Source: Gemmataceae bacterium (GTDB lineage: Bacteria > Planctomycetota > Planctomycetia > Gemmatales > Gemmataceae). Taken from it: DNA of 64,000 nucleotides. Shown one piece after another: positions 18,414 to 26,204 of the stretch. A model generated the notes under the pieces. That model saw only the letters and a list, made by a program, of their open reading frames with translations. It was not told the origin of the DNA and did not search any database. The stretch covers positions 785-64,784 of the forward strand of contig JAYTUG010000292.1 of the NCBI GenBank assembly GCA_043744695.1. The letters are read 5' to 3'. The position numbers and the translations under genes are program-made. The stretch's first letter is position 1, and each line of letters opens with the position of its first letter.

Positions 18414-20597
18414 ATGAAGCGGTTCATGTTCGCGCTCGGGTTGCTGGCCACCGTGGCCGTCTCGGAATCCGAGGCGGGCTACATCATTATTCGGATCGTC
18501 CTCGAAGGGGGTTCATCTTCCGGGTCGACCACTGTCGAGGGTACGGGATCTCCCACCTTGGGAACTCCGGGCAACTTCGGACTTCCCAAGGGGGGCCCCG
18601 GACAGGGCGGACCACCTCCCGGGCTGGTTGGATCGGGAAGCAGCCCTTTCGGCGGTCCACCCGGCGGCAGCTCGATCGCAGGGTCGCTCAGCGGCCCCCC
18701 CAAGACTCCGGGCTCCAGCCCGAGTCCAATGGGGCCTGGAAGTGGTTCGACGACGACGACGAACGCACTCAAGCACGATCCTACGCGTTCCATCTACGTC
18801 GTGGTTCCTTACACGAACGACATCACCAAGGACGGCTCCTTCTACAAAAAGGCTCCGCCGGGATCGCACAACCCGCACTGGCGACCCGCCATCAAGCACC
18901 CCTTCGGCTACGCCAACCTCCTCTTCGATAACACTCAGATTCAACTCTACTTGGACCTGGGTCCGCAGGCGACCAAAGGGCTCAAGACCCGCCAGACCGA
19001 ACTCCTCGATAAGCACGCGAAGTGGCTTCGCGCACCGACCGATGCCCAGATCATGCTCGACGTGATGACCGAAGCACTGGAACAAGGAGCGGTGGCCGAA
19101 GCCCTCAAGTGTGCGGACGAACTCGCGACCGCCGTGGGCGATAAAAAGGCTCGCACCACTCCGCAGGTCGACCGATTTCTGACCGCTTACTCGCAAAACA
19201 AGGAAGGGATTGCCCGACCGGCACGACAGGCGAGCAAGGGCCCCGAATGGAAGGAACGCCTCGGATTCGCCTATTCCGGCGTCAAGGAATACGTCAGCCC
19301 CCACTACTATCTGATCTACTGGGAAGGAATGGATCCCGAGGCCTCTCGTCGATCCGCGCAACTCGAAGAGAACTTCAAGGCGTTCTACCTGCTGAACGCC
19401 ATTCGCGGGGTCGCGATGCCTGTTCCCGAAAGTCCGCTCGTCGCCATTCTCGCCAAGTCGTCCGGCGACGTGCGCAAACTCTCCGCGTCCCTCGACGGTA
19501 TGCCGTTGGTCGCGGATGGCTTCTACTCGCCCGATCACGGCATCGTCGTCCTCTCGCCCGACCGTCTCGATGGGGTCAGCCAGACGTTCAATCGGCAGAT
19601 TCAGGAAATGTTCCGCCAGGGAGCGACTCGCAAGCAGTTATTGGACGGCGAAGGGCCGAAGATCGATCCGAACGGCACGATCAAGGACTCCAAGAAACCA
19701 GAGGACGTGGCCCGGATGATGACTTGGGTCGTGGCCGAACGCTACGCGGAAGAGGAAGGGGAATGGTCCACGGTGAGCCGAGAGGGCACGCGTCAGTTGA
19801 TGCACGCCATCGGGCTGCTGCCTCAGCACGTCTCGCTGCCGCAGTGGCTAGCCGAGGGTTCCGCGGGCTACTACCAACGCCCGAAAGGTCCGGTTTTCAC
19901 CAAGAAGGAAGACGACAAGGATTACATCACGGTTGCGCTGTCGACCGGCTTCGGCAGCCCGAATTACGTTCGTCAAAAGCAGTTCTCGGAACTGATTCGC
20001 CTGAATCAGTTCAAGCCGAGCAATAAGCCGAAGGCAGACCCGGGAGTCATCCTCCGGAATGTGGTGACCGATGCGTATTTCGGGGCCGCACTCGGTGGCC
20101 TCGACGCGGACGATGCGATGCTTCCCCTGCCGCAAGCAGCGAAAAAAGCATCCGGGCCCACGACGGAACCCGTTCCGGTCGCGGCGGTCGAAGAGCCGCA
20201 AGTGATCAAGCGCCGACGCTATGAGTTCCTCAATGCGAAGGCGCTCGCGACCTCGTGGAGCCTTTACTATTACTTAGCCAAGGCGAACCCGACGGGGTTG
20301 GACCGCTACTTGGCCGAGCTGAGCAAAATGCCGCGCGACCTGCCGTTGGACGAGGGCAGCCGCCTGAGTGCATTCGCGAAGGCCTTCAACCTCTCGCTCG
20401 GCGACAAACGAACCGATGACCGGCCAACTTTCACCGAAGTGGGTGCCGCGTGGCTCCAGTACATGGAGAACTTGCCTTCTGCGGGAATCGAGGTTCCACT
20501 GACCGATCTCGCAACTCCCGCGGTCGGAGCAGGAGGCGGCCTCGGCAGCGGCTTGGGCGGTGGACCGCTCAACCCCGGCAAGCCTCCCGGCATGTAA
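18414..20597 (+). CDS. secreted protein with Gly/Pro/Ser-rich N-terminal region and a DUF1570 / peptidase-MA-like domain with a degenerate metal site
   Basis: 727 aa with a signal peptide (MKRFMFALGLLATVAVSESEA) and a ~100-aa low-complexity G/P/S tract. The segment REGTRQLMHAIGLL...PQWLAEGSAGYYQ aligns by eye to the HEATHQ...W..EG.A.Y pattern of MA-like/DUF1570 domains, with both His replaced by Arg. Confidence 0.55.
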   Translation: MKRFMFALGLLATVAVSESEAGYIIIRIVLEGGSSSGSTTVEGTGSPTLGTPGNFGLPKGGPGQGGPPPGLVGSGSSPFGGPPGGSSIAGSLSGPPKTPGSSPSPMGPGSGSTTTTNALKHDPTRSIYVVVPYTNDITKDGSFYKKAPPGSHNPHWRPAIKHPFGYANLLFDNTQIQLYLDLGPQATKGLKTRQTELLDKHAKWLRAPTDAQIMLDVMTEALEQGAVAEALKCADELATAVGDKKARTTPQVDRFLTAYSQNKEGIARPARQASKGPEWKERLGFAYSGVKEYVSPHYYLIYWEGMDPEASRRSAQLEENFKAFYLLNAIRGVAMPVPESPLVAILAKSSGDVRKLSASLDGMPLVADGFYSPDHGIVVLSPDRLDGVSQTFNRQIQEMFRQGATRKQLLDGEGPKIDPNGTIKDSKKPEDVARMMTWVVAERYAEEEGEWSTVSREGTRQLMHAIGLLPQHVSLPQWLAEGSAGYYQRPKGPVFTKKEDDKDYITVALSTGFGSPNYVRQKQFSELIRLNQFKPSNKPKADPGVILRNVVTDAYFGAALGGLDADDAMLPLPQAAKKASGPTTEPVPVAAVEEPQVIKRRRYEFLNAKALATSWSLYYYLAKANPTGLDRYLAELSKMPRDLPLDEGSRLSAFAKAFNLSLGDKRTDDRPTFTEVGAAWLQYMENLPSAGIEVPLTDLATPAVGAGGGLGSGLGGGPLNPGKPPGM

Positions 20598-20676
20598 GCA
20601 CTGGAGGGAAGCTTGACGATCGACCGAGGCTCTTTAAGATAGCGAAACTTCAAGCCGGTTCGCCGGTCGAAGTTCG

Positions 20677-20760
20677 GCCGAGGTGGCGGAATTGGCAGAC
20701 GCGCTAGATTCAGGTTCTAGTACTCGCAAGGGTGTGGAGGTTCAAGTCCTCTCCTCGGCA
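20677..20760 (+). tRNA. tRNA-Leu (anticodon CAG)
   Basis: Acceptor GCCGAGG/CCTCGGC, anticodon stem CTAGA/TCTAG with loop TTCAGGT (CAG), long variable arm, T-loop TTCAAGT, discriminator A. Followed by CTA rather than CCA, then a stem-T4 terminator (~20766-20794). Confidence 0.9.
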
Positions 20761-21046
20761 CTACCCCAAAACCCTCGGATTTCCGGGGGTTTTGTCGTTT
20801 TCTCGACACCAAAGCCGATCCCCGCATCCTCGACCGACTTCCTCTAAATCTGACCATTCTGCCGCATACTGACCCCTCAACGCGCAAGCGACACGCAAGG
20901 ATTACCGATGGTTCTGCCGTCAATTCGGTAGTTCTCGAAAATTAGCATCTGGTATATCCGTGTCAACCCCGGTTGACCCGATTATATGAAAAGTAATCGG
21001 GTGATTGCATAGAAAGTCCATAAATCGTAGCGTTTCGCGAGCGAAA

Positions 21047-21241
21047 CTATTTTCCGGATCGGGCCGGAATCGGGACACCTTCGCGCTCGAAACGCTCGTC
21101 AAGGGCGATTAGCACCTCAGACAGGAGTAGTCGCCGGTTCCGCGTGGCGAGTCCTGCCACGCCCGCGCGGTACTGCTCGGGGAGGCGAATCATGAAGCCG
21201 GTCCGCGCGGCGGATTTTGCGGGGGTCTTGGCTTTCGGCAT
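21047..21241 (-). CDS. Arc/MetJ-type ribbon-helix-helix DNA-binding protein
   Basis: 64 aa. GFMIRLPEQYRAGVAGLATRNRRLLLSEVLIALDERF matches the Arc-like pattern (f.lRLPeel...l...A..n.RSlNaEIv.rLe). GGAG lies 9 nt upstream of the ATG. Confidence 0.65.
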   Translation of the reverse strand: MPKAKTPAKSAARTGFMIRLPEQYRAGVAGLATRNRRLLLSEVLIALDERFEREGVPIPARSGK

Positions 21242-21242
21242 G

Positions 21243-21294
21243 GCAATTCACTCCGGTATAGTGTGGGCAACCGAAGTATACCGGAGTGAATTGC
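21243..21294. promoter_or_regulatory. perfect 18-bp inverted repeat (candidate operator) abutting the Arc-like gene start
   Basis: GCAATTCACTCCGGTATA (21243-21260) and TATACCGGAGTGAATTGC (21277-21294) are exact reverse complements with a 16-nt spacer. The proximal arm contains the gene's GGAG RBS. Confidence 0.6.
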
Positions 21295-21441
21295 GAGGGT
21301 CAAGGACGGGCCGCGAAGACACTTGACGGAGGCGGGCGAAATGTTACCGCGAACGCAATTCACGCGCAAGGAAAATGCTCCACTTTCACGAAAACCCCCA
21401 CGGATAATGAACGCCAGAACATTAGTGTCCCTACGTTCAGT

Positions 21442-21488
21442 TTCTAGTACTCGCAAGGGTGTGGAGGTTCAAGTCCTCTCCTCGGCAC
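21442..21488 (+). repeat. displaced 3' half of tRNA-Leu (att-like direct repeat), with encoded CCA and its own terminator
   Basis: 47/47 nt identical to 20715-20761. Followed by CCA (21488-21490) and a CCCTCGG-GAAA-CCGGGGG-T5 terminator (~21497-21521). Similarity to the first copy extends about 45 nt further downstream. Confidence 0.85.
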
Positions 21489-21591
21489 CATCGCAAAACC
21501 CTCGGGAAACCGGGGGTTTTTGTCGTTGTGTGCCCGGCATGTTGCTCTGATGCAGGAGAAGAGTAAGGAATGACGGGCCAACGTTGTCCGG

Positions 21592-22338
21592 TCAGAACGT
21601 GAACTTCTGGAACGGCGTCGCGGTGCCCTTCAGGACTTTCCAGTCAAAGTCGTACTGATCGGCTGGACTCCACGAAGTCGGTGGCGATAGTTCGAACGGG
21701 CTTTCCCCGCCGGACAGCCAACCCCCGTCTTCGTGGTACATGCCGCTCGCCGGTCGGTAGCGGTCAAACGCCACGAGGTAGAACTGGGCGAAGAGGATGA
21801 CGAGCACGCCCGCGACGGCATTCAGCACGTTCTCGAAGCTGGCCTTCTCAAACTCCTGCGAGCGGTCGTGCTTGACGGTGTTGTAGTCCTGATACCAAGG
21901 TAGGGTGTGCATCGTCGCCCACGCCGCGTATGGGGTGAAGATCTTCGGCGACCCCCGCCAGACCGAGAGACGGACTTGGTACTGCGATAGACGACAGGCC
22001 TTCTCAACCTCCGCGTAATCCTTGACGTTCCAGTTCGTGCGCGGGGATGTGTATCCGTTCAGCGTCAGGATCGCCGTTGCGTTCGTCTCAACCTCGGTGC
22101 TGGCCCGGAGGAGCAACTGATACAGCTCGTGAGAGAACGACCCGAGGTTGCCGTCTGCGGGCTCGATGAAGTCGAACAACCGCTTGAGGTCACGCTCCAA
22201 CAGGCCGTATGCCCGCAACAGGTGGCTGCGGGACGGGGCGTAGCGGTTGTCTACGAAGTACGATTCGTCGAGGTTATGCGCGAAGCTCCCGTCCGGGAAT
22301 GGACGGCAGATGGCGTAGTACGGATTGCTGACGGGCAT
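21592..22338 (-). CDS. hypothetical protein (orphan; candidate defence/accessory gene)
   Basis: 248-aa ORF, visibly lower G+C than the neighbours. No domain recognised with confidence. It contains LPWYQDYNTVKHDR, distantly reminiscent of [R]NxxxH-type nuclease motifs. Confidence 0.6.
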   Translation of the reverse strand: MPVSNPYYAICRPFPDGSFAHNLDESYFVDNRYAPSRSHLLRAYGLLERDLKRLFDFIEPADGNLGSFSHELYQLLLRASTEVETNATAILTLNGYTSPRTNWNVKDYAEVEKACRLSQYQVRLSVWRGSPKIFTPYAAWATMHTLPWYQDYNTVKHDRSQEFEKASFENVLNAVAGVLVILFAQFYLVAFDRYRPASGMYHEDGGWLSGGESPFELSPPTSWSPADQYDFDWKVLKGTATPFQKFTF

Positions 22339-22440
22339 GTCAGAACCCTATGACGGCAAGTTCAGAATATGAGGTCAGCTATACGAAAAAGCCCCTCCCG
22401 AAGGAGAGGCAGGGCGCTCACTTCCGCGCGACCTGTGGCG

Positions 22441-23289
22441 TCAGCAAGGAGGAGGTGGCGATACCGGGGGATTACGCGATGTGCTTCCAACTCCATTCCC
22501 GAATTCGTCGGTCGTCATGTTCAGAAGCAGGGTGCCATCGGCGATGGTGGTCGAACCGGTGTACGTACTGGCCGCTGTACTCAAAAGCTCGAGGGTGCTG
22601 GCACCGACTTTAGATGACGAGCGGCCAGTTCCTTGCTCGGCGATCGCTTGGGTCAAGGTAAGGTGCCCGGTATCGACCCCGATCGTTTCTGCAGTCGCAC
22701 TGCCGAGAGCATTGGCATTCGTCACGACGAGTCTGCCGCCGTTGTTGTTTATTCTAATAGTGCCGGTGAATCCGCTGTTGTCGTTGGCAAGAGTGAGGGT
22801 GCCGGTCCCATCCTTCGTCAGTCCGGCCCCGGTCGAACCACTGATGTGTCCGGTGACACTCAGTCCGGCCCCGGCCAAGACACTGATCGTTTGAACACCA
22901 CCGGCCGACGCCCCGAGGCCGATGTCCATCGCTAGGATGTTGTTCGCACCCGCCCCGGATTGGACTACGACGAAACCGCTGTCCATTACAGCGGGGACGC
23001 CCAAAATGATCGGGTTCCCGCCGATGACGTAATTCAGCGAGGAGCGGAAGGTGATGGAGTTGAAGGTGCGGTTGCCTCCAGGCAAGTCGTTCGTACTCGT
23101 GGTTCTCCCTTCAATGGCGGGAAAAGGAAAAACGAGGTCTTCGGTGTTCAATGGGTTCCCCGTCGGGGTGCCCCCGAGCCAGTTGGCCGTTGTGCTCCAA
23201 TTCGTGTCGCTCCCTGCCCCGGTCCAGGTAAACGTGGCGGGTGTCGCACGGTCTTCGAGGCGCTCGACGGTCAGGCGGGTGCGGGGCAT
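22441..23289 (-). CDS. autotransporter-associated beta-strand (PATR) repeat protein, unusually short
   Basis: Start at MPRTRLTVERLEDRATPATFTW (planctomycete LEDR..P leader). PATR-like repeats are present (GTGTLTLANDNSGFTGTIRINNGGRLVV, STYTGSTTIADGTLLL). It ends abruptly in ...NPPVSPPPPC after only 282 aa. Confidence 0.65.
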   Translation of the reverse strand: MPRTRLTVERLEDRATPATFTWTGAGSDTNWSTTANWLGGTPTGNPLNTEDLVFPFPAIEGRTTSTNDLPGGNRTFNSITFRSSLNYVIGGNPIILGVPAVMDSGFVVVQSGAGANNILAMDIGLGASAGGVQTISVLAGAGLSVTGHISGSTGAGLTKDGTGTLTLANDNSGFTGTIRINNNGGRLVVTNANALGSATAETIGVDTGHLTLTQAIAEQGTGRSSSKVGASTLELLSTAASTYTGSTTIADGTLLLNMTTDEFGNGVGSTSRNPPVSPPPPC

Positions 23290-23664
23290 GGTTGTACATC
23301 GCGGGAAAACGGAGGACAGGTCGCCTGCCGAATGTTGTGAATCATACCCGACTTCCACACGCTCGCAAGTACCTGAGAGGGCCGATAGGGGATCTGTCCA
23401 TTCCGCCGGTTGGGTAACTCCAGCACGTCCCGCCAGACCTTCGGCACATCCGGCCACGCGGCTTCATCAGTATCCTCGAGCGGGACGGTCGCGTCTTCTT
23501 CGTCGGTCAGGAACAGCGGCACCGTTCCGGAGTCTACATCAAAATGGCTTCACGCAGGCCTTTTTTCGTTTCCCAGACGGAGACCGGTGCCTGGGCGCTA
23601 CCCATTACCCTGCCGGGCTTCTACCCTTTCCTCCACGCACCCCTTCTCCCTTCCCGAGACTCAC

Positions 23665-24978
23665 ATGCCCGCGTTTCCCGACATCGCCAAGATCGCTTAC
23701 GAAGGCCCGGACTCCAAGAACCCGCTCGCCTTCCGCCAGTACAACCCAGACGAGAAGATCGAAGGCAAGTCGATGCGCGACCACCTGCGCTTCGCAGTTT
23801 GCTATTGGCACACCTTCCGAGGTACGGGCAGCGATCCGTTCGGTCCCGGTTGCGCGATTCGACCCTGGGAAGACGGCACCGATTCGCTCGACATGGCCAT
23901 CAAACGCATCGATGCCGCCTTCGAGTTCATGGAGAAACTCGGCGTCCCGTTTTACTGCTTTCACGATCGCGACGTGTCGCCCGAAGGCAAGAACCTCAGC
24001 GAGACGAATAAGAACCTCGACGTCGTGGTGAAGAAGCTCAAGGAGTCGCAGGCCCGCACGGGCATCAAGCTGCTCTGGGGCACCGCGAACCTCTTCAGCA
24101 ACCCGCGCTTCGTTCACGGTGCCAGCACCAGCCCTAATGCCGATGTGTTCGCTTATTCCGCGGCTCAGGTGAAGCGAGCACTCAAAGCGACTCAGGAACT
24201 CGGCGGCGAAAACTACGTCTTCTGGGGCGGCCGCGAAGGCTACATGACGCTGTGGAACACCGACCTCAAGCGCGAACTCGACCACCTCGCCAAGTTCTTC
24301 CACATGGCCGTGGACTACAAGAAGAAGATCGGCTTCACAGGCACGTTCCTCATCGAGCCGAAGCCGCACGAGCCGACCAGCCATCAGTACGACTTCGACT
24401 GCGCGAACTCGCTGGCGTTCTTGCGCAGCTACGGCCTCGACAAGGAGTTTAAGTTCAACGTGGAAACAAACCACGCGACGCTCGCCCGGCACACGATGGG
24501 CCACGAACTCGCCTACGCCAGCGCCAACGGCATGCTCGGCAGCGTCGATGCGAACCGCGGCGACCTCCTCCTCGGTTGGGACACCGACCAGTTCCCGACC
24601 GACCTCTATCTCACGGCCCAGGTCATGCTCATCCTTTTGGGACAAGGCGGCCTCGGTTCGGGCGGCTTGAACTTCGACGCGAAGGTTCGCCGCGAGAGCT
24701 TCGAGCCGGTCGATCTGTTCCATGCACACATCGGCGCAATGGACTGCTTCGCGCAGGGTCTCCGCATTGCGGCGGCCATGCGCAAGGACGGCGTCCTCGC
24801 GGACATCGTGAAGACGCGTTACGGTTCGTGGGATGCCGGCATCGGCGCCGATATCGAGGCCGGCCAGCACGACTTCGCGAGCCTGGAGGCGTACATGTTG
24901 AAGAAGGGCGACGCGGAGAAGAACGTTTCGGGCCGTCAGGAAATGATCGAGAACGTGATCAACCGGTATTTGCGTTAA
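23665..24978 (+). CDS. xylA: xylose isomerase
   Basis: 437 aa from [26 protein letters not shown]. Hallmark XylA motifs: [45 protein letters not shown]. Confidence 0.9.
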   Translation: MPAFPDIAKIAYEGPDSKNPLAFRQYNPDEKIEGKSMRDHLRFAVCYWHTFRGTGSDPFGPGCAIRPWEDGTDSLDMAIKRIDAAFEFMEKLGVPFYCFHDRDVSPEGKNLSETNKNLDVVVKKLKESQARTGIKLLWGTANLFSNPRFVHGASTSPNADVFAYSAAQVKRALKATQELGGENYVFWGGREGYMTLWNTDLKRELDHLAKFFHMAVDYKKKIGFTGTFLIEPKPHEPTSHQYDFDCANSLAFLRSYGLDKEFKFNVETNHATLARHTMGHELAYASANGMLGSVDANRGDLLLGWDTDQFPTDLYLTAQVMLILLGQGGLGSGGLNFDAKVRRESFEPVDLFHAHIGAMDCFAQGLRIAAAMRKDGVLADIVKTRYGSWDAGIGADIEAGQHDFASLEAYMLKKGDAEKNVSGRQEMIENVINRYLR

Positions 24979-25001
24979 GACCCCATACCACAGGTCCCAT
25001 C

Positions 25002-25421
25002 ATGGCCGGGACGCTCACCTGCCCGACCTGCAATCACAAAGTGAAGGTGGACGACGACGACGAGGTCGACGATGCCCGGTGCCCGTACTGCGACGAGGCG
25101 CTGGAAGAGGTGCCGATCAAGTTGAAGCCGCGCGGCGATCATGAGGAAGCAGCCGAGGAGGACGACCGTCCTTCCCGGAAGAAGAAGAAGCGACCGGGCG
25201 GGTTGCGCGACAACGGAACCTCGCAGGATAGCCGTGCGGCCGACCGGTTCGATCTTGCACCGGCTTCGACGACGACCAACCAATTGTTCGCATGTCGATT
25301 GCAAGGTCGACATGGCCGAGTGGATGGAAGGAACTCCTGGCCAAGAAACGTATCGCTCGCTGTTTCTCGATGTCTACATCGAAAACATCGCGCAGTGCCT
25401 ACGAGATTCAAATGGAAATGA
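25002..25421 (+). CDS. zinc-ribbon protein with acidic/basic tail (3' extent doubtful)
   Basis: CPTC-x17-CPYC zinc ribbon, acidic run and KKKKRP. The last ~40 codons look non-protein-like and overlap the next ORF out of frame. Confidence 0.35.
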   Translation: MAGTLTCPTCNHKVKVDDDDEVDDARCPYCDEALEEVPIKLKPRGDHEEAAEEDDRPSRKKKKRPGGLRDNGTSQDSRAADRFDLAPASTTTNQLFACRLQGRHGRVDGRNSWPRNVSLAVSRCLHRKHRAVPTRFKWK

Positions 25422-25632
25422 GGGTAAGCTATTCGATCTTGGTGCAATTCGAAGTCCGAACATCGAACCACCACACTACACCTGGAACTATTCCGACGAC
25501 CTGGTAGTGCAATTCGCAGTAAGATTTGTGAATCGACCACTGAGGACAATTACACGCTTGTTGCCGAGCTGGTTCAGGAAGCACGTTGTCCACAGTGTGT
25601 GCGAAATCATCGTTTTGAGGCTCGTGCCTTGA
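25312..25632 (+). CDS. hypothetical protein (lower G+C)
   Basis: 106 aa from MAEWMEGTPGQETYRSLFLDVYIENIAQ... Protein-like composition in a visibly AT-richer stretch. No domain recognised. Confidence 0.35.
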   Translation: MAEWMEGTPGQETYRSLFLDVYIENIAQCLRDSNGNEGKLFDLGAIRSPNIEPPHYTWNYSDDLVVQFAVRFVNRPLRTITRLLPSWFRKHVVHSVCEIIVLRLVP

Positions 25633-25740
25633 CCTCTTCCTTCACCAGTTTGAAAAACTCCTTACCTGCCATGATCGTCCCCTCGTGGATCTGAGTTGAT
25701 ATTCTGACGAATTGCCCGAGCTTTCACAAGAGAAACTTCC

Positions 25741-26112
25741 ATGGCTAAATCCCACGCACCCGGTTTCCTTAAGATCGTGCAAGACGCGAAGGCTCGCGTC
25801 CGAGAATGCACCGTGGACGATGTGAAGGCACGCCTCGATGCCAAGGAGGCGTTCGCGCTCGTCGATGTCCGCGAAGAGAGCGAGTATGCCGCCGGACACT
25901 TGCCCGGCGCGGTGCACATCGGCAAGGGCGTCATCGAGTGCGACATCGAGGCGAAGGTGCCGGACACCGCGACGCCGCTGATCCTCTATTGCGGCGGAGG
26001 ATTCCGCTCCGCACTCGCTGGCGATGCCCTCCAAAAGATGGGCTACACGAATGTCGTGAGCATGGATGGCGGCTGGAGCGGCTGGAAGCAAAAGGGCTTC
26101 CCGACCGAGTAG
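25741..26112 (+). CDS. rhodanese-like domain protein (sulfurtransferase)
   Basis: 123 aa. Single rhodanese domain with active-site loop LYCGGGFRS and GHLPGAVHI / DGGWSGWKQKGFP. Confidence 0.85.
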   Translation: MAKSHAPGFLKIVQDAKARVRECTVDDVKARLDAKEAFALVDVREESEYAAGHLPGAVHIGKGVIECDIEAKVPDTATPLILYCGGGFRSALAGDALQKMGYTNVVSMDGGWSGWKQKGFPTE

Positions 26113-26161
26113 CCGCCGCGAACATTCCCCCCTTCGCAAGCGTATAACACTTCTATGCTGC

Positions 26162-26181
26162 ACCCGCCCGATCGGGCGGGT
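26162..26181 (+). terminator. 20-nt perfect palindrome after the rhodanese gene (weak terminator candidate)
   Basis: ACCCGCCCGATCGGGCGGGT. The following sequence (CGTTCTCATTT) is only modestly T-rich. Confidence 0.35.
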
Positions 26182-26204
26182 CGTTCTCATTTGAAGGATT
26201 CATC

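Larger units (their letters stand above)
20762..21441. mobile_element. remnant of an element integrated at the 3' end of tRNA-Leu (no integrase present)
   Basis: Bounded by a 47-nt exact direct repeat (20715-20761 = 21442-21488) that is the 3' half of tRNA-Leu. The interior is visibly AT-richer and carries only an Arc-like gene. Confidence 0.45.

Noticed and set aside
20717-20923. 68-aa minus-strand ORF and other short ORFs (20920..21102, 21144..21326, 21190..21456) inside the tRNA-Leu islet
   Set aside because: One overlaps the tRNA itself on the antisense strand. None has an RBS, motif or coding-like composition, and I could not see an integrase or excisionase remnant in any frame.
21436-21490. 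Second tRNA-Leu gene
   Set aside because: Only the 3' half (anticodon stem onward) is present. There is no acceptor 5' strand or D-arm upstream, so it is a displaced fragment, not a functional tRNA.
23410-23664. 85-aa N-terminal extension of xylA, and the similar long extensions of ORFs at 29698, 44539, 48085, 46782, 35559 and 36252
   Set aside because: The conserved protein or signal peptide begins at an internal Met in each case. The upstream parts are Ser/Arg/Pro-rich and lie in promoter regions.
23605-24870. 421-aa minus-strand ORF antisense to xylA, and comparable antisense ORFs at 12721..13794, 29920..31062, 30840..32186, 39927..41198, 41999..43756, 57737..59029, 60880..62142 and 62377..63255
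   Set aside because: Each lies entirely opposite a gene with clear domain signatures and has Arg/Gly/Asp-rich shadow composition. None has an independent motif or an RBS-supported start.
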